Source of the DNA: Bacillus phage PBS1 | Length of the DNA: 40,000 nucleotides | Direction: 5' to 3' (one strand) | Sequence record: MF360957.1 | Part shown: positions 17,814 to 27,306 of the stretch, one piece after another | How the letters are laid out: every line of letters starts with the position of its first letter | Position numbering within the stretch: the first letter of the stretch is position 1 | Translations under genes and position numbers: made by a program | Notes under the pieces: model-generated | What the model saw: the letters and a program-made list of their open reading frames with translations, nothing else | Databases searched by the model: none | Told to the model about the DNA's origin: nothing

Positions 17814-19460
17814 ATGTCATATATTGAAATTGATAAAGAATTTTTTATTAATAACATTCAGCCAGAGTTTAAAACTGATTCAGAAATCAATATTCAGGGT
17901 AGATCTAAACTTAGATATGGCGCATCAATGTTAGAATTAAATCCAAATTCACTAGAATGGGATGACTTAGAAAAAATATATGATATTGCTCAGAATAAAG
18001 GCAATAGGTCTATTATGATGCAAGTTTCAGCGATCAAGAATTTAATCTCTGACTTTGAAGGAGCTAAGATAGCTAATTTAAGAGCACTTGCAATTGCACT
18101 ACCTTCATACTTTAGTGATAATTTAATTGATGGATGGATTTATTCTTTAGATAGAAAAAATAATCCAATTACAGTTGATCCATATTTAATTACAGATATT
18201 CGTTACTATCCTCCTAAGAAGGATGAACCAGCGACAGTCTCTATGAGATTAGTTGCTAATTCACCTCGTCAAAGTAGCCGTGATAAACGTTATACACGTA
18301 GTATCTATTTTGACAGTAGTGATATCAGAGGGAAAACAATTCCTCAAATATTGGCAAAAGAAAATCTATTCCATGAAACTGAGGAATTAAAGAATATCTA
18401 TCTAGAGCAATTAGAACTGTTTAATAAATATCAACCTCAAAAAACAAAGCAATTTTTAATTTCAGGAAAAAGCTATGAAACATCAGGAGGAAGTTATTCA
18501 TCAGACTATTATTTTAATTCTAATGGTTATATAGATATAGCAACTAAAAATAGATTTATCAATGATGAAGGAATAATTAAACGAGTTTTTAATGAAGAAC
18601 ATGATCCTTATTATTGGAGAAACGAAGCAGGAGTGGAAGAAAAATTTGATAGAATTCCACAACATTGCTATATTTTTGGTTTTAACTTAGATACACATAA
18701 ATATACATGGGTACATGCTACTAATATGAAACCATATGAATATGACACTGGTCTAAGAGATAAGCTAATACTCCCTCAACGACATAAGGATTTAATTGAC
18801 ATTCTAGTAAGTGATCTTGATATTCTTAAAGAAGATATAATTGAAGGTAAATCTGGTGGAACTACTATATTAGCTACAGGTAAACCGGGACTTGGTAAGA
18901 CTCTTTCAGCAGAAATTTATTCTGAAGCAATTGAAAAACCACTTTATAAAGTTCATTCAGGACAATTAGGATTGAGCTCAAAAGATGTTCAAGAAAATCT
19001 AGAAGTAATATTAAAGAGAGCTTCACGTTGGGGAGCAATTGTATTATTAGATGAAGCTGATGTTTTTATTAGAGAAAGAGGAAATGATTTGCAACAAAAT
19101 GCTGTTGTTGCAAGCTTCTTAAGAACACTAGAATACTTTGATGGTATTTTATTTATGACAACTAATAGGGAATTTGATGTAGATGATGCTATTAAATCAA
19201 GATGTATTGCTGTTATTAGATATGAAACACCTTCTGAAGAAGATGCTAAAAAAATATGGAAAGTATTATCTACTCAATTAGAAGTAAACCTTAGCGATGA
19301 ATTAATTGATCAGTTAGTTCTTAAATTCCCAGAAGCATCAGGACGTGATATTAAAGAACTATTAAAACTTACATCAAGATTTGCCAAAGGAAAAAATGAA
19401 GAAATCTCATTAGAACTGTTTAGACAGTGTGCTCAGTTTAGAGATATTAAAATCAAATAG
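17814..19460 (+). CDS. AAA+ ATPase
   Basis: Walker A GKPGLGKT, Walker B IVLLDEAD, sensor FMTTN, arginine RCIAVIR. Confidence 0.9.
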   Translation: MSYIEIDKEFFINNIQPEFKTDSEINIQGRSKLRYGASMLELNPNSLEWDDLEKIYDIAQNKGNRSIMMQVSAIKNLISDFEGAKIANLRALAIALPSYFSDNLIDGWIYSLDRKNNPITVDPYLITDIRYYPPKKDEPATVSMRLVANSPRQSSRDKRYTRSIYFDSSDIRGKTIPQILAKENLFHETEELKNIYLEQLELFNKYQPQKTKQFLISGKSYETSGGSYSSDYYFNSNGYIDIATKNRFINDEGIIKRVFNEEHDPYYWRNEAGVEEKFDRIPQHCYIFGFNLDTHKYTWVHATNMKPYEYDTGLRDKLILPQRHKDLIDILVSDLDILKEDIIEGKSGGTTILATGKPGLGKTLSAEIYSEAIEKPLYKVHSGQLGLSSKDVQENLEVILKRASRWGAIVLLDEADVFIRERGNDLQQNAVVASFLRTLEYFDGILFMTTNREFDVDDAIKSRCIAVIRYETPSEEDAKKIWKVLSTQLEVNLSDELIDQLVLKFPEASGRDIKELLKLTSRFAKGKNEEISLELFRQCAQFRDIKIK

Positions 19461-19468
19461 AAGGAGTT

Positions 19469-19807
19469 ATGATAATGGGTAATATTCTTACTGAAATAAA
19501 AGCATTTGATACTAATTATATACAAAAAGGTGATGCTATTAAAATTATTTCACCTGAAATTTTCTCTAAATTAGGTGTTAATAATAGGAATGCGATAATT
19601 TCCGAAATTAAAGATAATGGTCAGGAGCTAGTGTGCTTTTTTGTATCTGATACGTATGTAAATACTTCTCCTTTTGGGGTTATCTTTAATGGTGATAATT
19701 ACAAAATTTTATCAATTAGAATAAATGTTAAAGATGTAGTTAATAATATGATTATGGTTGAAAAATTAATTCCTGAAGAAGTTCCACAAACAAGTGAAAT
19801 TTTATAA
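19469..19807 (+). CDS. hypothetical protein
   Basis: 112 aa ORF with SD aaggagttatg. Confidence 0.7.
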   Translation: MIMGNILTEIKAFDTNYIQKGDAIKIISPEIFSKLGVNNRNAIISEIKDNGQELVCFFVSDTYVNTSPFGVIFNGDNYKILSIRINVKDVVNNMIMVEKLIPEEVPQTSEIL

Positions 19808-19815
19808 TATAAATA

Positions 19816-19853
19816 AAGAATGAAATAGCATTATTAGCTATTTCATTCTTTAA
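19816..19853 (+). terminator. hairpin terminator
   Basis: aaagaatgaaatagc-attatta-gctatttcattcttt. Confidence 0.7.
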
Positions 19854-19875
19854 ATAACTTTAAAGGAGTAACATA

Positions 19876-20334
19876 ATGGAAAATTTATGGGAAATGAATG
19901 ATGAAATAGAAACTTTAAAAGATTCAGATAATAATGAATATCTCTATCATATTACTGATAAAAACAATTTAGAAAAAATAATGAAAGATGGACTTGATCC
20001 AACATCTAAAAAAGTAACAATAAATGAACAGAATCTAATTTATCTTACATCAGACTATAATTTTATAATCGAAAATGATGATGAATTTTGGAGGAATGAT
20101 TTAGTATTATTAAAAGTAATTATTAATGGAATTAAAGATAATTTAGAACCAGATTATGAGTATGATGTAGGTTTAGACATTAATGGTAAACCCCACCCAA
20201 TTAAAGCTGTAACTTATGATAAAAAGATTGATTCTAAGAGAATTTCAATTATTGGGGAACTTGAATTATACCCATTAGAAAATGTACCTTTTCCTATGTA
20301 TCATGGAAAAATCAAAAATAAAGGGGATAAGTAA
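19876..20334 (+). CDS. possible ADP-ribosyltransferase-fold (DarT/KptA-like) protein
   Basis: N-terminal YLYHITDKNNLEKIMKDGLDP...IYLTSD and KAVTYDKKIDSKRISII resemble the H...Y...layout of that fold; weak. Confidence 0.35.
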   Translation: MENLWEMNDEIETLKDSDNNEYLYHITDKNNLEKIMKDGLDPTSKKVTINEQNLIYLTSDYNFIIENDDEFWRNDLVLLKVIINGIKDNLEPDYEYDVGLDINGKPHPIKAVTYDKKIDSKRISIIGELELYPLENVPFPMYHGKIKNKGDK

Positions 20335-20593
20335 AATGGCAAATAACTATACAGGTTACACAAGTGAACTTGGTTTGTTACTATATTCAAATAAAAAATA
20401 TAATAGAAAAAATGTATTTAAAAGATTAAGATGTAAACATGATGTAATTACAAGAGATAGATGGGTAGAAGCAGGTTTCTATCCAACAGATTATAGCGTT
20501 TATTATTGTGAAAAGTGTGGAAAAATCAAAAATATTAAAAAATGGAGTGGTGAAAAGAGAAAATTAAAATTTGGTAGAATAAGGGAAATATAA
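20282..20593 (+). CDS. zinc-ribbon-like hypothetical protein
   Basis: CKHDVITRDRW...YYCEKCGKIK; likely start MANNYTG at 20336. Confidence 0.65.
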   Translation: MYLFLCIMEKSKIKGISKMANNYTGYTSELGLLLYSNKKYNRKNVFKRLRCKHDVITRDRWVEAGFYPTDYSVYYCEKCGKIKNIKKWSGEKRKLKFGRIREI

Positions 20594-20601
20594 TAAAATA
20601 G

Positions 20602-20697
20602 ATTTCCCTTCTCTTATGTATTCTCTTTTTAATAGAAAAAATTTAGAGAATTCCTAACAAGTAATTGAAAATCTTGTTATACATGAGAGGGGAAATT
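20602..20697 (+). promoter_or_regulatory. nested leader RNA structure that pairs with the SD of the RecA-like gene
   Basis: Outer stem of about 17 bp between atttcccttctcttatgta (20602-20620) and tacatgagaggggaaat (20680-20696); inner stems ttctct/agagaa and taacaag/cttgtta. Confidence 0.6.
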
Positions 20698-20701
20698 CAT
20701 A

Positions 20702-21967
20702 ATGTCAATCTTAACCGAAGAAATGCGTAAAATTATTAGTAAAGAAAAAATTGGAGAAGAAAATACTTATACTCCTGCATATAGAACTGGAATTGATCTT
20801 TTTGATTATCGTAACGGTCGTAGAGAAAGTGGTACTAAGAAGATTGGTATTGATGGCGGAAAGGTTCTTACAGTTGTAGGTAAATCAGGTACAGGTAAAT
20901 CAACTCTTGCTATTGAGTTTGCCAGTAGTATTGTTGAACCATATAAAGAAGGACAAGTTTATCATTTGGATTTTGAACGTGCGTCAACTTTATCACGTAT
21001 TCAAACTATTACTGGTTGGTCAGATGAAAAAGTTAAAGAAAAATGGATTCTATTGAATCGTGGAATCTACAGTGAAAGTTTATATCAATTGGTTAAATCA
21101 CTAGCTAAAATTAAGCTTGAAAAATTTGAAGAATTGGCTTTAGATACAAATGAAGTTGATTTACATGGAAATGATGTAAGAGTTCTTCCTCCAACAGTTA
21201 TCTTACTTGATTCTTGGGCTACTCAAATGCCTAAAAGTATCTCTGAGGAAGAAAAACTATCAGGTTCTATGTCAGCAACATCTATTGCTAAGACAAATAA
21301 TGCTATTATTAAACGTATTATGGGTGATCTTGAACAAGCAAATATTATCCTGATTATTATTAACCATATTACTCAAAAAATTGAAATTAACCCAATGGTT
21401 AAAACTCAGGCTCAAGTTAACTACTTTAAACAAGATGAATCTATTCCTGGAGGAACTTCTTGTATTTATCTTGCTAATACTCTTTTGAAGCTTGTTTCTT
21501 CAAGTAAACTAGAGCCAGATAAAGAGTTTGGAATTAAAGGATTTAAAGTAAATGGTGAGTTAATCAAATCACGTTCTAATAGTGCTGGTAATAAATTTGA
21601 GATGGTATTTGACCAAGAAAAAGGTTTTGATAATGTTCTTACTAACTATCTTCTACTTAAATCTAGTGGTGCTATTGGTGGAGCAAGTAGAGGTTTCTAT
21701 CTTAATACCCTTCCAGATGTAAAATTCTCTCAAAAAACAGTTAAAGAAAAGTATGAAACTGTTCCAGAATTTAAAGCTGAATTTGATCGTTTAGTTGAAG
21801 AGATTATGGAAGAATTCCTATCCGGTATTGATCTCTCAGAAGATAATGATAATCTTACATTGGAAGAAAACATTGAAGGTAACATTTGGAGAGCTAGTGA
21901 CGGTCAATATTATAAATTTGATGAAGAAACTGAGGAAGTTGAATTAATTGAAAATTACGGAAAATAA
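20702..21967 (+). CDS. RecA/UvsX-like recombination ATPase
   Basis: Walker A VVGKSGTGKST; VILLDSWATQ; IILIIINHITQK; length and layout match phage RecA-like proteins. Confidence 0.85.
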   Translation: MSILTEEMRKIISKEKIGEENTYTPAYRTGIDLFDYRNGRRESGTKKIGIDGGKVLTVVGKSGTGKSTLAIEFASSIVEPYKEGQVYHLDFERASTLSRIQTITGWSDEKVKEKWILLNRGIYSESLYQLVKSLAKIKLEKFEELALDTNEVDLHGNDVRVLPPTVILLDSWATQMPKSISEEEKLSGSMSATSIAKTNNAIIKRIMGDLEQANIILIIINHITQKIEINPMVKTQAQVNYFKQDESIPGGTSCIYLANTLLKLVSSSKLEPDKEFGIKGFKVNGELIKSRSNSAGNKFEMVFDQEKGFDNVLTNYLLLKSSGAIGGASRGFYLNTLPDVKFSQKTVKEKYETVPEFKAEFDRLVEEIMEEFLSGIDLSEDNDNLTLEENIEGNIWRASDGQYYKFDEETEEVELIENYGK

Positions 21968-21973
21968 TCTTAA

Positions 21974-22014
21974 GATGAGAATAGTGTAAATTACACTATT
22001 CTCATTATCTTTTT
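21974..22014 (+). terminator. hairpin terminator
   Basis: atgagaatagtgtaa-a-ttacactattctcat then T run. Confidence 0.9.
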
Positions 22015-22147
22015 TCCAATTTATTTTTTAGATATATATTATAAAAAAGAATTCCCATTATCTAAAGGGAATGAAAAGTCTATATCAGACAAATAAAAAT
22101 TTGCTTTTTGTTAAAAAATATGTTATAATAAAAGGAGGAAAATTTAA

Positions 22148-22540
22148 ATGAAAGTTGTAAAAAGTATAGTGAATGTAGCAATTCAACCAGAAAGTGTAGA
22201 TTATATGAATAATCTATTTTCTTGTTATACAGAAGAAAATGATATTCCATATCATTTAACTATTAACAATCCAGTTATTCATATGTATCCAAAGGAAGAT
22301 ACATATGGTGAAGATGGAAAATTATATGGTTTTATTGATGCATTGAGGTTTACAGTAGATATCTATGATCCAGAAAAGAAAATAGTTTATAGGGATAATC
22401 GATTAAGAGATGTTATTAAAACAAATGATAGTAAAATTAAGAGTATTTCTTATTTCAAAGATCTTAGTACTATGATATCTTTTGATGGTAGCCATATGTT
22501 ACGTCCAAATTATATAGAATTATTGGTGGAAAAAATATAG
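22148..22540 (+). CDS. hypothetical protein
   Basis: 130 aa ORF with SD aaaggagg. Confidence 0.7.
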   Translation: MKVVKSIVNVAIQPESVDYMNNLFSCYTEENDIPYHLTINNPVIHMYPKEDTYGEDGKLYGFIDALRFTVDIYDPEKKIVYRDNRLRDVIKTNDSKIKSISYFKDLSTMISFDGSHMLRPNYIELLVEKI

Positions 22541-22558
22541 ACATAGGAGTTATTTATC

Positions 22559-22705
22559 ATGTTAATACAACCAGTCAGTCCAATTATACCTATTTATAAT
22601 AATAAATTAAGGAATAAATTTTTAAAAAATAAAAAGAATGAAAAACAAAAGAATGATTTAATATTTAAAGATATTTTAGAGAAGTATATAAAAGAGGAGT
22701 GTTAA
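22559..22705 (+). CDS. small hypothetical protein (48 aa), not in supplied ORF track
   Basis: ATG...TAA: MLIQPVSPIIPIYNNKLRNKFLKNKKNEKQKNDLIFKDILEKYIKEEC; upstream ataggag. Confidence 0.5.
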   Translation: MLIQPVSPIIPIYNNKLRNKFLKNKKNEKQKNDLIFKDILEKYIKEEC

Positions 22706-22706
22706 T

Positions 22707-23159
22707 ATGGAAATAGAGGGATTCGAAGTACCAAGAGTTGGAATGTTATATGAATATACAAGATTTGATAGAAATAATAACAATAAGAAGTATAGTAAAA
22801 TAAAATTAGTCAATGATTTGTATGAATCAGATAATGAAATTTTAAAAGATATACCTTTTGAAGAATTGGGTTTCGAAGATCGTTATTATATTTCTGAAAT
22901 TGCAATTTCTTTAAGACCTGATACTGACTTTTCTATATTTAAAGATATATTCAAATATGATGAGAATACAGTTAACTATATTAGAGAATTTGGAAAAGGA
23001 TCTAGTGAAGTTATTGCAATAAACAATTTGAGAAATGAATTTATTTTTGTTAAATATTATAAAGTACTTATTATAGGAGGATATGCGTATCCACTTTCTA
23101 CAGATAATTATCAATGGATAGGTGACGCTAATATAGTAGATCGTTCAGAAGATTATTAA
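22707..23159 (+). CDS. hypothetical protein
   Basis: 150 aa ORF with upstream gaggagtg. Confidence 0.7.
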   Translation: MEIEGFEVPRVGMLYEYTRFDRNNNNKKYSKIKLVNDLYESDNEILKDIPFEELGFEDRYYISEIAISLRPDTDFSIFKDIFKYDENTVNYIREFGKGSSEVIAINNLRNEFIFVKYYKVLIIGGYAYPLSTDNYQWIGDANIVDRSEDY

Positions 23160-23188
23160 AAAGATACATACAACTAGGAGGAATATAA

Positions 23189-25186
23189 ATGGATGACATC
23201 AGTGTAATTAAGAATGAAGATTATGAAGGTTCACATAGATTTTTAGCAGAGGAATTGTTAATGCCTAATGCAAATAAAACAGACGGTAATAGATCTACAA
23301 TGTTCTGCTCTCACTTAGCACAGGCAGTAACTCTACAAAAGGCTGAACCGCCATTAGTCTATACTAACTTTGAGAATCAAGTTGGAAAGTATTCAACTGC
23401 AGGTTATAGAAAGGCTAATAGTAATTATAAGGTTATTGAAAAAATTTATAAGAATGATTATAATTATGTACTTATTGTACAAGATCAGGAAACTGGGGAA
23501 TATACATTATTTGAAAGAGCTGAATGTGAGTTTCTAACTGAACATTATGGTTTTCAATGGGATAATGATAAAATTGATTCATTAAAGAAAGATGATACAA
23601 TTGAAAAAGATACTGTATTATATAAGAATACCTGTTATGATGAAAATATGAATTTTGGTTATGGTGTTAATTTAAATGCTGCATATTTTAGTTATAAGAA
23701 TGAAACATTAGAGGATGCTATTGTAATCTCTGAAAGTGCCGCTAAAAAGCTAGGAACATATAGTGTTAACAAAGTAAAAGTATCTGTCAATACAAATGAT
23801 ATCTTGCTTAACCTATATGGTGATAATGAGAACTATAAAGGATTCCCAGATATTGGAGAACATATTAAAAATCAGATTATTGCTAGCCGTAGAAGATTTG
23901 ATTATAACACTGCATTATATGAATTAAAGAATCTAAATGAAATGAGAGATTCAGATACTCCATTCTTTGCTGATGGTAAGATTGTAGATATTGAGATTTT
24001 CTCTAATGTACCTGAAGAAGAATTAAAGGTACAGAAGTATAATGAACAAGTTCTATACTATATTAATAAGCAAAAAGAATTTTCTAATAATGTTTATCAA
24101 AAACTTAAAAATATTGTAGAAGGTAAAGATAGTAATGTTTCAGACAAGCTATTGCATTTCTATAATAATTGTAAAATGAGAATTGATGAAAATATTTCTT
24201 ACACTTATCAGAATAGTAAGTTTAGTGGTTTTATTATGGAATTCACAATTTTAGAAGAAGAACCATTAAATAAAGGAAGTAAGATTACAGGTAGATATGG
24301 TAATAAAGGTGTAATTAGTAAAATACTCCCTGATGATCAAATGCCTACTGTGGCTGAAGGACGTTTTAAAGGACTCAAGGCAGACATTTGTCTTAATCCT
24401 CTTGGTGTATTTAACCGCCTTAATCCAAGTCAGTTGATCGAACAAGAATTAAACTGGATTGCTAAATTCATTAGAAAAGATATGGAAGAAGCAGGAAGTA
24501 ATGAAGAAAAAGTTAGCATCTTACTTGATTTCTTAAATAGAGTGAATAAAGAAGAAACTGAATTAATGGAAGAATTCATTAATAGTCTAAATAAAACAGA
24601 ATTAGAAGAGTTTCTAAATGATATTATTGAAAATGGAATTCCTATCTGTCAAAAGCCATTCTTTGGTAATATTGGTTTAGATGAACTTTGGGAATTATAC
24701 GATCATTATGATCATATTGATTACTTTAAATGTGAGGGAATTAGTACTCCTTTAATTATTGGAGAAATTTATATGGTTAGATTAAAACATGAGCCGCATT
24801 CTAAATTTAGCGCTCGTAGTACATCATTTATGAACCTAAGAGGTCTACCAGCTAAATCTAAGAACTTTAAAGAGCATAAAGACTTATATTCAAAAACACC
24901 TGTACGTATTGGTAATATGGAGATTTCTAACTTAAGTCTTACTAATGAAATGGGTTCTATTATGGATATGCTAAATTCATACTCTAATAATGAGACTAAT
25001 AGAAGAGAACTTATTATGCAATTATTAACTGGAAATCCATTTGATACCAATATTGATCTTTCAGATGTAGAGTCAGGTACAAGTAAGATTCTTAAATCTT
25101 TATTTACATGTCTCGGTCTTTCTATTGATGATGTAGAAGAAGAATGGGAAAATAAACTAAATGGAAAAGTAGAGGATGAAAAATAA
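23189..25186 (+). CDS. phage-encoded multisubunit RNA polymerase, beta subunit C-terminal half
   Basis: LNAAYFSYKNETLEDAIVISE; LNKGSKITGRYGNKGVISKILPDDQMP; LNPLGVFNRLNPSQLIEQELNW; YMVRLKHEPHSKFSARSTSF match canonical RpoB C-half motifs. Confidence 0.93.
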   Translation: MDDISVIKNEDYEGSHRFLAEELLMPNANKTDGNRSTMFCSHLAQAVTLQKAEPPLVYTNFENQVGKYSTAGYRKANSNYKVIEKIYKNDYNYVLIVQDQETGEYTLFERAECEFLTEHYGFQWDNDKIDSLKKDDTIEKDTVLYKNTCYDENMNFGYGVNLNAAYFSYKNETLEDAIVISESAAKKLGTYSVNKVKVSVNTNDILLNLYGDNENYKGFPDIGEHIKNQIIASRRRFDYNTALYELKNLNEMRDSDTPFFADGKIVDIEIFSNVPEEELKVQKYNEQVLYYINKQKEFSNNVYQKLKNIVEGKDSNVSDKLLHFYNNCKMRIDENISYTYQNSKFSGFIMEFTILEEEPLNKGSKITGRYGNKGVISKILPDDQMPTVAEGRFKGLKADICLNPLGVFNRLNPSQLIEQELNWIAKFIRKDMEEAGSNEEKVSILLDFLNRVNKEETELMEEFINSLNKTELEEFLNDIIENGIPICQKPFFGNIGLDELWELYDHYDHIDYFKCEGISTPLIIGEIYMVRLKHEPHSKFSARSTSFMNLRGLPAKSKNFKEHKDLYSKTPVRIGNMEISNLSLTNEMGSIMDMLNSYSNNETNRRELIMQLLTGNPFDTNIDLSDVESGTSKILKSLFTCLGLSIDDVEEEWENKLNGKVEDEK

Positions 25187-25371
25187 TGGGAGTGAATGAA
25201 ATAGAAAAAGAAATTAGATGGGTTGCTGATAATACTATCTTTACCCATTTTACTTTTGGTATTCGTAATTTTAAGAAGATTCTAGAAGCTGTTTTAATTA
25301 AGTTAGATGGTCAATATGACACAAAATTAGTTCAAGATATAACTAGAGAAATTTATAATGAACAAATATAA
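25186..25371 (+). CDS. hypothetical protein
   Basis: 61 aa ORF overlapping the end of the beta C-half gene. Confidence 0.6.
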   Translation: MGVNEIEKEIRWVADNTIFTHFTFGIRNFKKILEAVLIKLDGQYDTKLVQDITREIYNEQI

Positions 25372-25385
25372 ATCATAATAAGAGA

Positions 25386-25424
25386 CGTATAATAGATGTG
25401 TGCCAGTTTCACATCTATTATACG
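25386..25424. repeat. 15-bp perfect hairpin
   Basis: cgtataatagatgtg-tgccagttt-cacatctattatacg; no clear T run. Confidence 0.75.
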
Positions 25425-25507
25425 CTATTAAAATTACAGGAGGACATTATTAATATGTTTATTTCCTGTAATAAAAAAGACATAATTTTGAGAGGAAGAG
25501 ATATTTT

Positions 25508-25915
25508 ATGGGGAATGTAGTAGAATTTAAAAGAAAAACAGAAAATGAAGAAGTAACCGTAGAAGAAATTCAGTTAGAATATGTTAAAAAGAAAATTTTA
25601 GATACATATGAATTAGAAGAAAAAGATATTATGGAAGTTGATGAGATGGTTAAAGTATATTTAGATCATCTAGAAAAAGGAGAGGTAATGGTCTTCTCAA
25701 GTAGTGAAGATGCTTTATCATTTGCTAATATTGTAATTAATCATCCAGAATTTAAAGATATTTCACATTTTAAAGTTACTCCTAATATTTCACGACTTTC
25801 AATGTTTTATGAACTAGAACCTGTAATGAAGAATTCTAATAAAAAGTATATCTTTCCATCAGAAGATAAATTTGTTCCATCTATTCACTATAGAAATATC
25901 AATGAAATTTTATAA
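25508..25915 (+). CDS. hypothetical protein
   Basis: 135 aa ORF. Confidence 0.65.
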   Translation: MGNVVEFKRKTENEEVTVEEIQLEYVKKKILDTYELEEKDIMEVDEMVKVYLDHLEKGEVMVFSSSEDALSFANIVINHPEFKDISHFKVTPNISRLSMFYELEPVMKNSNKKYIFPSEDKFVPSIHYRNINEIL

Positions 25916-25997
25916 TATTACATGAACTAGGAAGGGTTCACATTAATATTTATTAGAAATCATTACACTTATATTCTTTAAAATAGGAGGAAGAAAA

Positions 25998-26525
25998 ATG
26001 ATAATTGAGAAAGAAGGTAACTTGCTTGAAGCTGAGAAAAATATAATTGCGCACCAAGTAAATTGTCAGGGAGTTATGAGATCTGGTATTGCGTTACAGA
26101 TTGCTAAAAAACATCCTCTTATTCTTAAAAAATATAAAGAAATTTGTAAGTCAACAAAGCCGGAAAATCTACTTGGTGAATGTCAAATTATTCTTGTATC
26201 TCGTAAGTCTCCTTTTAGTGAAGAAGATGATTTATTTACTTATAATAGTACAAAATATTTTGTAAATCTATTTTCACAATTTGGATATGGTAATAAGGGG
26301 AGATATACACGATATTCTTATTTAAAAGAATGCTTAATAACGCTAAAGGAATTTGCAAAACCTCATAATTTATCTATAGCACTTCCATATAAAATTGGTT
26401 GTGGAAGAGGTGGAGGAGATTGGATAAAAGTTAGAAAAATAATTAATGATGTTTTTGATGATTATGATGTGACATTATATAAATTTGATGAAAGAAAGTT
26501 AGAGTCTCAATATGGAAAAAGATAA
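25998..26525 (+). CDS. macro-domain protein (ADP-ribose-binding family)
   Basis: GNLLEAEKNIIAHQVNCQGVMRSGIALQIAKKHP and ALPYKIGCGRGGGDW. Confidence 0.85.
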   Translation: MIIEKEGNLLEAEKNIIAHQVNCQGVMRSGIALQIAKKHPLILKKYKEICKSTKPENLLGECQIILVSRKSPFSEEDDLFTYNSTKYFVNLFSQFGYGNKGRYTRYSYLKECLITLKEFAKPHNLSIALPYKIGCGRGGGDWIKVRKIINDVFDDYDVTLYKFDERKLESQYGKR

Positions 26526-26676
26526 TCTAAGAGAATGGATTAAAACATTTAGGTGGGTAAAGAAGAATCCTTTATATGCTGTACAGAGATTATTTCATTA
26601 TGAAGAAATAATTGAAAGACGAGATAACACTATTAAAGAGTTAAAATTAAAAATTAAGAAATTAGAGGGGAATTAA
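26512..26676 (+). CDS. small hypothetical protein (54 aa), not in supplied ORF track
   Basis: MEKDNLREWIKTFRWVKKNPLYAVQRLFHYEEIIERRDNTIKELKLKIKKLEGN; overlaps the macro gene end. Confidence 0.55.
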   Translation: MEKDNLREWIKTFRWVKKNPLYAVQRLFHYEEIIERRDNTIKELKLKIKKLEGN

Positions 26677-26678
26677 CT

Positions 26679-26915
26679 ATGGGAAAAGAAGTAACATTTG
26701 AGATAGTAAAAGAATTAGGAGTACTTTCAGAAGGTAAAAATGGTTGGACAAAGCAGGTTAATATTGTTAAATGGAATAATGGAAAACCTAAATTAGATAT
26801 TCGGGATTGGAATGAAGACCGAAGCAAGATGGGTAAAGGAATTACATTGAATTATGATGATGTTCAATTATTATTTGACATTTTAGAAGATTGTAAAGAT
26901 GATCTTGATATCTAA
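26679..26915 (+). CDS. hypothetical protein
   Basis: 78 aa ORF with SD gaggggaattaact. Confidence 0.65.
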   Translation: MGKEVTFEIVKELGVLSEGKNGWTKQVNIVKWNNGKPKLDIRDWNEDRSKMGKGITLNYDDVQLLFDILEDCKDDLDI

Positions 26916-26960
26916 TTGATATCAAGATCTCTTATTACATAATTAGGGGGATAATTAAAA

Positions 26961-27242
26961 ATGGAAAAACAATATTTCTTAGAATTCGTTCATAACACTA
27001 TTAAAGAAAATCCTGATTGGTTGGGAGAGGCAGTTCTTTATATGCAGGATGGTCTTAAAAGATCATTAGAAGAAGAAAGACAAAAAAGAAATGATGCTGA
27101 ATATGCATTAGTAATGGCATATGATATGTTGAGCGAGAAAAAATTAAATAGTCGCCCAGCTAATCATACTGCCATTAAGAAAGTACTGAAAAATAGTTCT
27201 GCCTTCCAAGGTACTGCTTTTGTAGAAGAATTAGATGTATAA
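26961..27242 (+). CDS. hypothetical protein
   Basis: 93 aa ORF with SD taggggg. Confidence 0.65.
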   Translation: MEKQYFLEFVHNTIKENPDWLGEAVLYMQDGLKRSLEEERQKRNDAEYALVMAYDMLSEKKLNSRPANHTAIKKVLKNSSAFQGTAFVEELDV

Positions 27243-27277
27243 TATAGGAAATAATTTCAATATAAATGAAATATAGC

Positions 27278-27289
27278 AACAAAAAATTT
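27278..27289 (+). promoter_or_regulatory. candidate phage RNAP promoter
   Basis: AACAaaaaatTT, just upstream of the ligA SD. Confidence 0.35.
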
Positions 27290-27306
27290 TAAAGGAGGAA
27301 TCAACA

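Noticed and set aside
24769-25248. 159-aa minus-strand ORF
   Set aside because: Antisense to the clearly recognisable RNAP beta C-half gene; composition (Ser/Leu/Phe-rich) typical of a shadow ORF.
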